A DNA stretch of 46,130 nt from Nitrospinota bacterium. Its GTDB lineage: Bacteria > Nitrospinota > Nitrospinia > Nitrospinales > VA-1. Each line of letters starts with the position of its first letter. Position 1 is the first letter of the stretch. This document shows, one piece after another, positions 27,641-37,601 of the stretch. The DNA lies in contig JAYNIA010000015.1 of assembly GCA_038108555.1 (NCBI GenBank), positions 1-46,130 on the forward strand, written 5' to 3'. The position numbers and the translations under genes were made by a program. The notes beneath the pieces are model-generated. The model was not told the DNA's origin. It saw only the letters and a list, made by a program, of their open reading frames with translations, and did not search any database.

Positions 27641-29098
27641 TCAGGCGGGCTTGAATTTTTTTAGACCCAGCCTCTGAATGCGTGTGGTTAAAGTTGTTGG
27701 AGGAACACCCAACAACTCGGCCGCCCCACCTGCCCCAAATATCTTCCAACCCGTCTGGTTCAAAGCCTTTAAAATATTTTCCCTTTCAAAAAGTTTGATT
27801 TCCGCAAAGGTCGATACCCTTCCCTGAAAAAAAATATCTTTATTATTTTTCTGCCTGGAATGCTTTCTTTGGGTCGGGTCTTCCGGCAAATCCAAAGTCA
27901 ACCTACCCGGTTTTGAAATGATTACCGCCCTCTCAATCACATTTTGCAACTCGCGAATATTTCCCGGCCAGGGATAGTTTTCCATTTGAATCAAGTTTCC
28001 TTTAGTTATCTTGATTCCGGTCCGATTGAAGTTTTTTTCAGCCCGCTTCAAAAAATGGACAGCCAGCAACGGAATATCCATTTTTCTTTCCCTGAGCGGA
28101 GACACCTCGAGAGGAAAAACATTCAAACGGTAAAAAAGGTCTTCACGAAAATTTCCCTTGCCCACTTCATTTTTTAAATTTTTATTCGTGGCTGCAATGA
28201 TCCTCACATTTGTCTTTAGGGTTCTTTCATCTCCTACCCGCTCAAAGGTTCCCTCCTGCAAAACCCGGAGTAATTTGCTTTGAAGATCCAGAGGGATTTC
28301 CCCCACTTCATCCAGAAATAAAGTTCCTTCATCTGCCAACTCAAAACGCCCTACCCGGTCCTTTATAGCCCCGGTAAAAGCTCCCTTAACATGACCGAAA
28401 AACTCGCTTTCATATAATTCACGGGGAATGGATGCACAATTCACTCGAATGAGAGGTCGATTGGACCGATTGCTGCGTTTGTGTATTTCATTGGCAATGA
28501 GCTCCTTTCCCGTACCGGATTCTCCAGATATCAAAACGTTGGCATCGGTGTTTGCCACCATTTCAATTCGCTTCAAGATGTTTTGCAGGGAGGGACTCTG
28601 TCCGATAATTCCACCAAACGATTGGAGTTCCCCCATTTCTTCACTGAGGTACTCATTTTCCAATTCCAGTTGTTTTCTCAGTCGTTGAATTTCATTAAAT
28701 GCGCAATCCCTCTCCTCTTCCATTCTTTTTCGCTCGGTAATATCCCGTGCAAAGCCCACTGCATATTCCTTTCCATCAAACTCTACAAAATTTACTGTAA
28801 CCTCAACCGGAACGATTTTCCCCGTTCTGGTTTTATTGCTGGCTTCAAAAGAAATATTCCTTTCCTTTCTTAATTCCTTCCAAAATTTCTTCCAGGTTTT
28901 TTTATTTGAGTCAGGATCAATGTCCTGAATGGTCAAACCTATCAGCTCGTCTTCAGAGTACCCGAGAAGTTGGCAGGCGGAATCGTTCGCCTTTAGGATC
29001 ACTCCTTCAGAATCATGGAAAATAATTAAATCCGCCGAACACTGAATCGTGAAACGGGCCAGATCCAGCGTTCTTTCTTCTTTTATATCTTTTGCCAT
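27641..29098 (-). CDS. PAS-domain sigma54-dependent transcriptional activator (bEBP)
   Basis: N-terminal PAS; GESGTGKE, GAFTGA, LFLDEVGE, WPGNIREL; C-terminal Fis-type HTH. Confidence 0.95.
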   Translation of the reverse strand: MAKDIKEERTLDLARFTIQCSADLIIFHDSEGVILKANDSACQLLGYSEDELIGLTIQDIDPDSNKKTWKKFWKELRKERNISFEASNKTRTGKIVPVEVTVNFVEFDGKEYAVGFARDITERKRMEEERDCAFNEIQRLRKQLELENEYLSEEMGELQSFGGIIGQSPSLQNILKRIEMVANTDANVLISGESGTGKELIANEIHKRSNRSNRPLIRVNCASIPRELYESEFFGHVKGAFTGAIKDRVGRFELADEGTLFLDEVGEIPLDLQSKLLRVLQEGTFERVGDERTLKTNVRIIAATNKNLKNEVGKGNFREDLFYRLNVFPLEVSPLRERKMDIPLLAVHFLKRAEKNFNRTGIKITKGNLIQMENYPWPGNIRELQNVIERAVIISKPGRLTLDLPEDPTQRKHSRQKNNKDIFFQGRVSTFAEIKLFERENILKALNQTGWKIFGAGGAAELLGVPPTTLTTRIQRLGLKKFKPA

Positions 29099-29253
29099 TA
29101 TTTCCCCCCTTAGAAACCTCCCAAAACATAATATACTCAAAGAAGTATTTTAACTACTTATTTACGTATTTAACGGTTTTGAGTAGATTAAAAATCGCAC
29201 GCCGAACCCACCCAACCCATTTAAATATAATCGCTTATATAATTTTCAATCCT

Positions 29254-29270
29254 TTGGCACAATCTGTGCT
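29254..29270 (+). promoter_or_regulatory. sigma54 promoter of the VOC-pirin-DoxX-nitroreductase operon
   Basis: TTGGCACAATCTGTGCT, GG-N10-GC, 47 nt before the ATG and divergent from the bEBP gene. Confidence 0.8.
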
Positions 29271-29317
29271 TTTATAAAAGATATTGAATTAGAAACCTTG
29301 AAAAAAGGAATATCAAA

Positions 29318-29728
29318 ATGAACACCACAACAAAAATTAGACTCAATGGCCTGGACCATATCGCTTTAAATGTGACGGATATGAAACGGGCAGAAGATTT
29401 TTACACCCAGACCCTGGGCTTTCCCGTTATACACCGATCAGAAACGCGAGCCGGATTACAACATATTGAAGTGGATGCTGGTAATGTCGCGATTGCCTTA
29501 TTTGAATCTCCCGATCTGGACTTACAGGAAGCGCACAAAACCATGACCGATGATGGCTACTTGCATTTCGCATTTGGCACTTCTTTTGACCGGTTCGATT
29601 CGACTGTCGATGCTCTTAAGGAAAAGGGTGTTGAAATTGATGGGAAACCGAGGGATTGGGGGAAAAGCGTATCCATCTATTTTCGTGATCCTGACAACCA
29701 TCAATTGGAAATTAATTTTGCAAAATAA
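29318..29728 (+). CDS. VOC/glyoxalase family protein
   Basis: LDHIALNV.D, FY...LG, LHFAF, YFRDPDNHQLEI. Confidence 0.9.
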   Translation: MNTTTKIRLNGLDHIALNVTDMKRAEDFYTQTLGFPVIHRSETRAGLQHIEVDAGNVAIALFESPDLDLQEAHKTMTDDGYLHFAFGTSFDRFDSTVDALKEKGVEIDGKPRDWGKSVSIYFRDPDNHQLEINFAK

Positions 29729-29739
29729 GGAAAAATAAA

Positions 29740-30525
29740 ATGACAAATAATAATTCATCATTGGATATTAAAATTTATCCTCCAGAAGCCCAGGCAGCGG
29801 GTCAATTTGACGGAGGACGCATTACTGAAATCAAACCGGTTGGGTTTCCCAATGAAGGACCCGAAATAGAAAACCTTGGACCTCTGTTTTACTGGGCGTG
29901 GGCAACTGCAAGAGGCTATGGAAAGATCGGACTGCATCCCCATCAGGCTTTTGAAATCATGAGCTACGCCCTTGAAGGAGAAATCGGCCATTACGACACC
30001 CTGGGCAACCGCAGCCGAATCAAGGCAGGAGGTGCCCAGGTCATGCAGGCGGGATCCGGGATTTCTCATGAAGAAGCGACAATAGGAGAGTCCAACGAGT
30101 TTTTTCAGATTTGGTTTGATCCAAATGTTAAAAAAGCATTCCATCATCAACCCACTTATCATGAATACAAGCATGAGGATTTTTTGATTGAAGAAAACGA
30201 GGGAGTCACTATTAAAACCGTCCTTGGAAAAAACTCTCCGGTCCTCTTGCAAACTGAAGTTTCAATGCAGGATATTTCCATTAAAGAGGGTTACCATTTT
30301 CAATACGACCTCCTTTCAGGAAAAACATTGGCCATTGTAGTGATTTCAGGAAAAGGTATTTTGTTCGACACTCAACAGGGCACGAAACATTATGTCGGCA
30401 AAAAAGACTTTATCCTGATTCATGCGGGAAAAGACGGACAAGTTTCTTTCCAGGCAGACACTCCTTTTCGTTTTGCAGTGGTTGAGGTTCCTTCTGAAGT
30501 CAACTACCCCTTGTATCGAAACTAA
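29740..30525 (+). CDS. Pirin family protein
   Basis: HPHQAFEIMSY, HYDTLGN, MQAGSGISHEE, FQIWF. Confidence 0.9.
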   Translation: MTNNNSSLDIKIYPPEAQAAGQFDGGRITEIKPVGFPNEGPEIENLGPLFYWAWATARGYGKIGLHPHQAFEIMSYALEGEIGHYDTLGNRSRIKAGGAQVMQAGSGISHEEATIGESNEFFQIWFDPNVKKAFHHQPTYHEYKHEDFLIEENEGVTIKTVLGKNSPVLLQTEVSMQDISIKEGYHFQYDLLSGKTLAIVVISGKGILFDTQQGTKHYVGKKDFILIHAGKDGQVSFQADTPFRFAVVEVPSEVNYPLYRN

Positions 30526-30541
30526 ATTCGAGGAAATTATT

Positions 30542-30997
30542 ATGAAAGCTTTTTTTCAAACGGATGAAAGTATTAACAATCTAATTACCCGCGTGATGCT
30601 TGGACTCGTGATGTTTCCTCATGGAGCCCAAAAACTTCTGGGTTGGTTTGGTGGTTACGGCTTAGAAGGAACCCTGGGCTTCTTTACAGGCAAACTGGGT
30701 GTTCCCTGGATCATTGCCATTCTGGTCATTCTGGGAGAATCGCTGGGCGCACTGGGTTTGATTGCCGGATTTTTAACACGATTTTGTGCTGCCGGAATTC
30801 TCGCAACCATGAGCGGAGCCGTCGTCATGTCTCACGCTGCCAATGGATTTTTCATGAACTGGTCGGGGCAGCAGGCGGGAGAAGGTTTTGAATACCATAT
30901 TTTGGCAATTGCCTTATGTCTCCCTCTCATTATCAGTGGGGGCGGAAAATTTTCAGCAGATGACTTTATAACGAAACGATTTTTAAAAGAGAACTAA
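30542..30997 (+). CDS. DoxX family membrane protein
   Basis: HGAQKLLGWFGG.G, GFFMNW, GEGFEYH, GGGKFS.D; ATG at 30542 after GAGG. Confidence 0.9.
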   Translation: MKAFFQTDESINNLITRVMLGLVMFPHGAQKLLGWFGGYGLEGTLGFFTGKLGVPWIIAILVILGESLGALGLIAGFLTRFCAAGILATMSGAVVMSHAANGFFMNWSGQQAGEGFEYHILAIALCLPLIISGGGKFSADDFITKRFLKEN

Positions 30998-31010
30998 GAG
31001 GAAATGATAA

Positions 31011-31631
31011 ATGCAATTTTCTAAAGCGATCCAAAAACGCCAATCTGTAAAATCTTACAGGACCGATAAAACGATAAGTGATTCCGAATTGAACAGCTTA
31101 ATGCAGGAAGTGGTTTTGAGTCCCAGCTCCTTCAACTTGCAGCACTGGAAATTCATTGCCGTAAAAAATGATGAAATCAAAAATAAAATAAAAGATGCGG
31201 CCTGGGGACAGGAACATGTTTCAACCTGCTCTTTTTTGATTGCGGTTTGCGGCAAACTCAATGCCTTTGAAGATGCTCCTGCTATCTATGAGGGGGTGGA
31301 CCCAAAAATTCAGGAAAAGGTCCTCCCCATGATTCAGGGATTTTATGAAAACAAAGGACAATTACAAAGGGATGAGGCCATTCGAAGCGCTTCTTTGGCT
31401 GCCATGACCCTGATGTTCGGGGCTGTAGCGCGGGGATGGGATACCTGCCCTATGATTGGATTCGATCCGGACGCGGTATCCAAAATACTGGAACTGGATG
31501 ATTCTCATATACCCGTAATGTTACTGACCCTCGGTTTCAGGAAGGAAGATCCCCGACCCCGGTCCTCACGCAGGCCTATCAGCGAAGTGGTAAAAATCGA
31601 TACCCTTAATGGCCCGGGGTTGGCAGCCTGA
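31011..31631 (+). CDS. Nitroreductase family protein (YodC-like)
   Basis: RQSVK, SPSSFNLQHW, RDEAIRS, DTCPMIGFD. Confidence 0.9.
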   Translation: MQFSKAIQKRQSVKSYRTDKTISDSELNSLMQEVVLSPSSFNLQHWKFIAVKNDEIKNKIKDAAWGQEHVSTCSFLIAVCGKLNAFEDAPAIYEGVDPKIQEKVLPMIQGFYENKGQLQRDEAIRSASLAAMTLMFGAVARGWDTCPMIGFDPDAVSKILELDDSHIPVMLLTLGFRKEDPRPRSSRRPISEVVKIDTLNGPGLAA

Positions 31632-31722
31632 TATGAATTTCAAAAAAAGCCCACAATAAAATTATATTCTCTTTTCTGAAATGTTATAATCGGGTAAAAA
31701 ATCCAAATTTAGGGCTTTTTTT

Positions 31723-32739
31723 ATGATTATCGTGATGTCTCCAGGGGCCACCCCTGAACAAATAGAAGAAGTTGAAAAAGCGGTTAAGGAGTTCGGATAC
31801 ACTCCCCACGAAATTGCTGGAGTGGAACGCAAAGTCATTGGTGCCGTGGGGGATGAACGGAACAAAGGCAGATTGCAGTCGATCGAAACGATGGCCGGAG
31901 TGGAAAGTGTCTTTCCCATATTAAAACCCTACAAACTGGCCAGCCGGGAGGTTAAAGAGGTCAACTCGGTAATCAAGGCCGATGGCGTTTCCATCGGGGA
32001 CAAGCAAATAGCAATTATCGCGGGACCCTGCTCGGTTGAAAGTAAAGAGCAAATTTGCAACACCGCTAACCTGGTAAAAGATGCCGGAGCCAATTTTCTT
32101 CGAGGCGGCGCTTACAAACCCCGTACTTCACCCTATAGCTTCCAGGGTATGGAAGAGGATGGTCTCAAATTACTGGCCGATGCCAAAGAAGCATCAGGGC
32201 TTCCCATCGTTACAGAGATCATGAATCCCAGAGAAATTGATCTGATTGTTAAATATGCTGACGTCCTGCAAGTTGGTGCGCGTAACATGCAGAATTTTTC
32301 CTTATTGAAAGAATTGGGCAGGGTAAACAAACCCATTCTCTTAAAACGGGGCATGATGAATACCATCAAGGAGTTTTTGATGTCGGCGGAGTATGTTTTG
32401 TCGGAAGGAAACAGCAACGTTATTCTTTGCGAAAGAGGTATCCGCACATTTGAGACAGCAACGCGGAATACCCTTGATATAAGCTGCATTCCAGTGCTAA
32501 AAAAGGAAACCCATTTACCCATTATCATCGACCCGAGCCACGCCACAGGACATTGGGACCTGGTGGAATCCATGTCCCGCGCCTGCATTGCAGCGGGGGC
32601 CGATGGCCTGATCATTGAGGTCCATCCCGATCCGGTAAAGGCGTTTTCTGATGGCCCGCAATCTCTTAAGCCGTCCAAGTTTTCCCGGCTCATGCAAAGT
32701 CTACGGCCTTTCGCAGAATTAATGGGACGTACCTTGTAG
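31723..32739 (+). CDS. aroF: DAHP synthase, type I-beta with N-terminal regulatory domain
   Basis: [47 protein letters not shown]. Confidence 0.95.
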   Translation: MIIVMSPGATPEQIEEVEKAVKEFGYTPHEIAGVERKVIGAVGDERNKGRLQSIETMAGVESVFPILKPYKLASREVKEVNSVIKADGVSIGDKQIAIIAGPCSVESKEQICNTANLVKDAGANFLRGGAYKPRTSPYSFQGMEEDGLKLLADAKEASGLPIVTEIMNPREIDLIVKYADVLQVGARNMQNFSLLKELGRVNKPILLKRGMMNTIKEFLMSAEYVLSEGNSNVILCERGIRTFETATRNTLDISCIPVLKKETHLPIIIDPSHATGHWDLVESMSRACIAAGADGLIIEVHPDPVKAFSDGPQSLKPSKFSRLMQSLRPFAELMGRTL

Positions 32740-32857
32740 GCCCTGCCACAAAACAACCCTCCGTAAACCCTTGAATTTTTTAACTTTTGGGTTTATTCTA
32801 AGTCCGGTTTTATTTTTTTGAGAAGCACCGTGCTTCGAACTTGGCGAAGAAACCAGA

Positions 32858-35563
32858 ATGAATGATCTTTATTTAGCCAATCGTAATCTTTCCGAAGCCT
32901 ATCGGCAGGCCCTCCAGGAAAAAATTTCCACGCTTGATCAATCCAAAATATTTTCGGACCAGCAAGAAATAAACCCACAGGTTTATTATTTAGATTTCAA
33001 AGATCGCGCGATTGAATTCGTAAATAAAGAAACAGAGCTCCTGAAAAAGGAATGTTCTAAATCTGACAATTCCCATCTCATCCTGCTCAAGCAAACTGTT
33101 TTGGTCGACACCATTGTTACCGCAGCCTTTGCTTCTGCACTTTGGTTTTTCAACAAGCACAAAAAGCAAAATTTAACCTTGGAGTCGGCACCCATCGCTA
33201 TTCTTGCCTTAGGGGGTTATGGTCGGGAGGAAATGTACTTTCGGTCTGACGTTAAAATTCAAATTGTTGCCCAGGCTTCCCTGGAAGAAGAGCAAAAGAA
33301 ATGGGCCGAAGAACTAATCCATCACTTTGAATACCTTTTTATCTTTCAAAATATTTTTCCAGCCATTAGCAAATCCTATTTCAACGAAAACGAATCGTTC
33401 GAAAAGGAACTTAACCAGGAAAACATCGCACACTTTCTTGCCCTGCTCGAGCACCGTTTCATTACTGGAAATAATTTTGTTTATAAGGAATTCAAAAGTT
33501 CCATTAAAACCGTAAGCCTTTTACACCAGGAGGAAATTCATAAACACTGCTTGAGTCACGGCGGATACTATGAAGTCCAGAACACCGTTTTCAAACAGGA
33601 ACCCGACATTAAGGAAGAATTACAGAGGCTGTATTGGGCTCTAACCTCGGTACGGATAATTCAAAAAATTGAAAAAACCAATCAGTTTGAATTATTAAAT
33701 GACTTGTTTGCTAATGACCTGATAAGTCCACTGGCCTTTAAAAGTATGCAAAAGGGATTCAATTTCCTCTCCAAGGCGAGACTTCTCCTCCACACGGTAC
33801 AGGAAGGGTCCCACAAGGACTTGATGAGCTATGAAGTCAGGGAAAAAATAGCCCAGTCCATGGGCTATGAAGTGAGAGGCTTTTTCCAGGATTATTTTTT
33901 CGAAGCCGTTTATCCGTTAAAAAGATTCAGCCGGAACCTTTATTGGGAATGCATGGCTGCAGACACTAAAAAGAAAAAAAATCTTTCCGAATATTTTTCC
34001 CTAAACACGCAAAACCAGATTTATTTTGAAAAAGAACCGGAGGCACTATTCACAAGCAATCCCCTCTGGTTTTTCAAAGTTTTTACATGGGTCGCAGAAA
34101 GAGATTATTTCCTCTCCTATGAAGTTACAAGGGCCATCGAGCAACATATCGACCAGGCTTATCCCATTTTTACGGATGATGCTTCCCACCAGGACATCCA
34201 AAACTCATTCCATCGAATTATTCGAGGCAAATATTTTTCAAAAGCCCTGCGTCTCTTGCATGAGTTTGGAATTCTGGAAAACTTTTTAATCCCCGAATTT
34301 AAAAATCTGCGAGGGCTGCTTCAAGATATCTACGTGCACAAATTCCCAACGGACGTGCACATCCTTTCTGCATTGGACACTTTGAATGAATTGGAATTCA
34401 GAAAAACCGCTGATCCTTTCCTTTCAGAGCTATACCATTCGCAAAGGGACAAAACAGCCCTTAAGCTGGCCGTTTTGCTTCACGATATTGGCAAAGGGGT
34501 CAAGGTAGGAGAACAGAATGAAGAACTGGTGGGAGCCCGTTTGATTCCCAAAATCCTAGAGAACCTGGGTTATGGCAATAAACCTAAAAGAGTTCAAGAT
34601 GTGGCCTTCCTGGTCGAAAAACACCTCACCCTTTTTGACTTAATGTTACTCGACCCCGAGGCAGATGACACTTACGACATGGTTCTGGATCTGGTCAATC
34701 AGGACAAGGAAAGACTCAAAATGCTCGTACTGCTCACCCATGCGGACCGGGGTGGAACCAAAATGGATATGTCGCGCACGCAAATTGAACAACTCAAATT
34801 GTTCTACCAATACACCCTGCACCACAAAAGGCGCGAAAGCGTACCCAATGCAATTAAACTCGAGTTCTTAAAAATGGTGCGCTTGCCCCGCGAGTTGCAA
34901 TCACAACTGGAGTTCTATTACAAATTCAGCCAGTCTAAAAAACCTTTCATGGCGGAAATGATTTTTAATCCCGGCCAACCATCCGACCTGATCGTCTGCA
35001 CCCACGATACCCAGGGGTTTCTGCATAAGGTGTCTGCGGTTCTGGCTTTCAATCAGCTCGACATTGTCCAGGCCAATATACAAACACTGAACGACAAGGT
35101 CTTCGATGTGTTCAAAGTAATCAATGCTACAGGGGACCCCATTGACTATGGCGATTTCTTTTTTATTCAGGAACGAATCCAGAAAGATTTGCATCGCATA
35201 TTTATAGAAAAAGAATCCCCTCAAGCAATATTCAACGGAAGGAAATTTGGGAATAAAATTGAGGGAACCCGCTTTCAAAACCTTAAATTCAAAATGAAGA
35301 CCATCGGACGTTCCGTCAAACTTGCTACTCACGACCTGCCGGGAACCTTTATGATGGAGGCTAAAGTACTCTCCGATGCCAATATGGAATGTCAAAAAGC
35401 CGTGCTTCACACCCACCAGGGAACGGCATCCAATGTATTTTATTTGCGTCCCGATGATGTTGCTGAAATAATGAATCATCAGGACCATTACATTAAAACT
35501 TTCACAAAGGCTCTGACTCCACTCCTCAACGGTGAGTCGGTGTTTTTACCTGAAGAAAATTAA
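32858..35563 (+). CDS. glnD: GlnD-like protein (NTase-HD-ACT architecture) with altered nucleotidyltransferase motif
   Basis: ALGGYGREEM..RSDVKI; HD domain (HKFPTDVH, LLHDIGKG, HAD); ACT-like D..GFL..V..VL....L.I..A.I.T. 901 aa. Confidence 0.75.
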   Translation: MNDLYLANRNLSEAYRQALQEKISTLDQSKIFSDQQEINPQVYYLDFKDRAIEFVNKETELLKKECSKSDNSHLILLKQTVLVDTIVTAAFASALWFFNKHKKQNLTLESAPIAILALGGYGREEMYFRSDVKIQIVAQASLEEEQKKWAEELIHHFEYLFIFQNIFPAISKSYFNENESFEKELNQENIAHFLALLEHRFITGNNFVYKEFKSSIKTVSLLHQEEIHKHCLSHGGYYEVQNTVFKQEPDIKEELQRLYWALTSVRIIQKIEKTNQFELLNDLFANDLISPLAFKSMQKGFNFLSKARLLLHTVQEGSHKDLMSYEVREKIAQSMGYEVRGFFQDYFFEAVYPLKRFSRNLYWECMAADTKKKKNLSEYFSLNTQNQIYFEKEPEALFTSNPLWFFKVFTWVAERDYFLSYEVTRAIEQHIDQAYPIFTDDASHQDIQNSFHRIIRGKYFSKALRLLHEFGILENFLIPEFKNLRGLLQDIYVHKFPTDVHILSALDTLNELEFRKTADPFLSELYHSQRDKTALKLAVLLHDIGKGVKVGEQNEELVGARLIPKILENLGYGNKPKRVQDVAFLVEKHLTLFDLMLLDPEADDTYDMVLDLVNQDKERLKMLVLLTHADRGGTKMDMSRTQIEQLKLFYQYTLHHKRRESVPNAIKLEFLKMVRLPRELQSQLEFYYKFSQSKKPFMAEMIFNPGQPSDLIVCTHDTQGFLHKVSAVLAFNQLDIVQANIQTLNDKVFDVFKVINATGDPIDYGDFFFIQERIQKDLHRIFIEKESPQAIFNGRKFGNKIEGTRFQNLKFKMKTIGRSVKLATHDLPGTFMMEAKVLSDANMECQKAVLHTHQGTASNVFYLRPDDVAEIMNHQDHYIKTFTKALTPLLNGESVFLPEEN

Positions 35564-35577
35564 TTTTTGATTAGCTT

Positions 35578-36249
35578 ATGAATGTCATAAAGCCAACCAC
35601 ATCCCTGACGACTCTTTTTATGGTGTTCGCTCTGGTATTTATCCCTGTTTCCTTTGCAGAAACAAATAATGCGACTCTCAAAGAAGCTCTGGAGCTGGAC
35701 CGGGATGGTTTCTACGAAGAGGCCATTGTGCATTGGGAAAAGTTGAGGAAAGAAGCTCCTACCAATATCAGGCTATTTGCCGGACTGAAATTATCCAGAA
35801 CACATTCCAAACTTTTCAACCTGATCGAGGCGGAAGAAGTTGCCAAGGCCCTTGCTGAAAGTCATCCGGAAAAATACGAGGCCTGGTTCAGCTTTGCAAA
35901 TGCATCCGGCGCTCTCAAAAAATATCCCCAGGCAATAAACGCTTTCAAAAAAACGGTCGAGTTAAAACCGGATGAAGGATTGGGAAAAGTCGGCCTGGCC
36001 ATCGCCTACTTTGGAAATGAAAAACCGGATCTCGCTATTGCAGAATTAAAAGGTGCCATGAAAATTTTTAAAGCCAACAAAAATATTTCCTGGTACCGGG
36101 ACAGCCGACTGGCGATCCGGCAAATCAAAGACTTCGCCCGGTTCCCTCCAAAATACGCCAACCTCTGGCTTGAGAAAAACCTGAAACGAATCCAGGATAC
36201 CTTTGAAAACTCCGTACTGGATTACGAAAGCATGCTTGAAACCCCCTAA
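35578..36249 (+). CDS. Exported TPR protein
   Basis: Signal peptide; TPR patterns (AWFSFANASG...AINAFKKTVELKP). Confidence 0.8.
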   Translation: MNVIKPTTSLTTLFMVFALVFIPVSFAETNNATLKEALELDRDGFYEEAIVHWEKLRKEAPTNIRLFAGLKLSRTHSKLFNLIEAEEVAKALAESHPEKYEAWFSFANASGALKKYPQAINAFKKTVELKPDEGLGKVGLAIAYFGNEKPDLAIAELKGAMKIFKANKNISWYRDSRLAIRQIKDFARFPPKYANLWLEKNLKRIQDTFENSVLDYESMLETP

Positions 36250-36354
36250 AAATCAACCTCCTGTTTTTTTCTACTACCCTTCCCCAAAATTAAAATTTTT
36301 TAATACAAGGTTAATTTTCTTTTAATTTAGATTTATTACAATTGCTACAGTACT

Positions 36355-36470
36355 TTTTCTCCTCCTTTCTGGGGGTACGGGTTTGGGCCCAAGACCAAAT
36401 TCTTCCCCCATATCCTCCACATTTGGGGAACAGGCAGCTTTACCCCTGCCGGTTCCCCTTTTGTTTTTTT
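36355..36470 (+). ncRNA. Candidate small RNA: two hairpins, two single-stranded CCUCC motifs, U-tail
   Basis: Hairpin 36370-36410; terminator hairpin GGGGAAC.GGCAG / CTGCC.GTTCCCC at 36425-36458 plus T-run; CTCCTCCTT at 36359 and TCCTCC at 36413. Confidence 0.45.
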
Positions 36471-36688
36471 AAGTAAAATCCCATCGAACATAAAATCAAC
36501 ACCTTAATTAATTTCCCGACAACAAAGGTTCATATTTCAAGTTATTTGAGATACAATCTGTAATCCGTTGAAACGGAAGTAAATTCAAGGCATTGCCCTA
36601 ATCGGGTTAATTTGCCCTGTGGGGCATAAATATAATTTATTTCGCACATATTCCCTTTGAATGAAGGGTTGATGCTAGAAAGAATAGA

Positions 36689-37270
36689 ATGGGGAAAAAA
36701 TCGAAATACAATCTTGTTTGGATGGACTGCGAAATGACCGGCCTCGATGTTGAAAAAGAGGTCCTCATCGAAATTGCCACGCTGGTCACAGACAGCGAAC
36801 TGAACGTATTGGAGGAAGGACCCTGCATCGCCATCCACCAGCGGGATGAAATACTGGAAAAGATGGACGAATGGAACACCAAGCACCATAACGCTTCCGG
36901 TCTGGTCAAAAGGGTTCAGGAATCAATGATCGACGAAGCCGAGGCAGAGAAAAGGACCCTGGATTTTATTAAAAAATACTGCCCCAAGGGAACTTCCCCC
37001 TTATGCGGAAATTCGATTCATCAGGATCGAAAATTTCTCACAAAATACATGCCTGAAATGCATGATTATTTCCATTACCGCAGCATTGATGTGACCTCCA
37101 TCAAAGAGTTGGTCAATCGCTGGTATCCGACCGGACCCAAATTCCCCAAGAAAAGCCAGGAACATGTTGCCATGATAGACATCCGCGAATCTCTTCAGGA
37201 ATTGATCTTTTACCGGGAACATTATTTTATCCCGCAGGAAGCCAACGTTACAGAATCCTCTCCCATATAA
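36689..37270 (+). CDS. orn: Oligoribonuclease
   Basis: LVWMDCEMTGL, IEIATLVTD, LCGNSIHQDR.FL, HYRSIDV, H.A..DIRES. Confidence 0.96.
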   Translation: MGKKSKYNLVWMDCEMTGLDVEKEVLIEIATLVTDSELNVLEEGPCIAIHQRDEILEKMDEWNTKHHNASGLVKRVQESMIDEAEAEKRTLDFIKKYCPKGTSPLCGNSIHQDRKFLTKYMPEMHDYFHYRSIDVTSIKELVNRWYPTGPKFPKKSQEHVAMIDIRESLQELIFYREHYFIPQEANVTESSPI

Positions 37271-37275
37271 AAAAA

Positions 37276-37545
37276 ATGAACAAAGGTGCAATAATTACGA
37301 TCGGGTTTTTGGTATTGGTAGCAAGTGTGTCTATCGACCTGCTGTGGACCGGCAACAAATACCAATGCGAAATTTGTATCAAATACAAGGATCAGATCCA
37401 CTGCCAAAAAGTGAAAGGGATGGAAAAGCAGGACACGATCATGACAGGTATCAGCACCGCTTGCGGCGCGGTCGCAAACGGGATGACAGAATCCATCGAA
37501 TGCCAGGCACAACCCCTCGAAAAAATGGAATGTAAAGACATCTAA
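37276..37545 (+). CDS. Small exported/membrane-anchored Cys-rich protein (6 Cys)
   Basis: N-terminal hydrophobic helix; CEIC..C..C..C..C; 5 nt after orn. Confidence 0.7.
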   Translation: MNKGAIITIGFLVLVASVSIDLLWTGNKYQCEICIKYKDQIHCQKVKGMEKQDTIMTGISTACGAVANGMTESIECQAQPLEKMECKDI

Positions 37546-37601
37546 CCGGGCCACGCCCGGTGGGTACAAGAGCGGCCCTCCCCCTTCACCATTCAAAAGT
37601 G

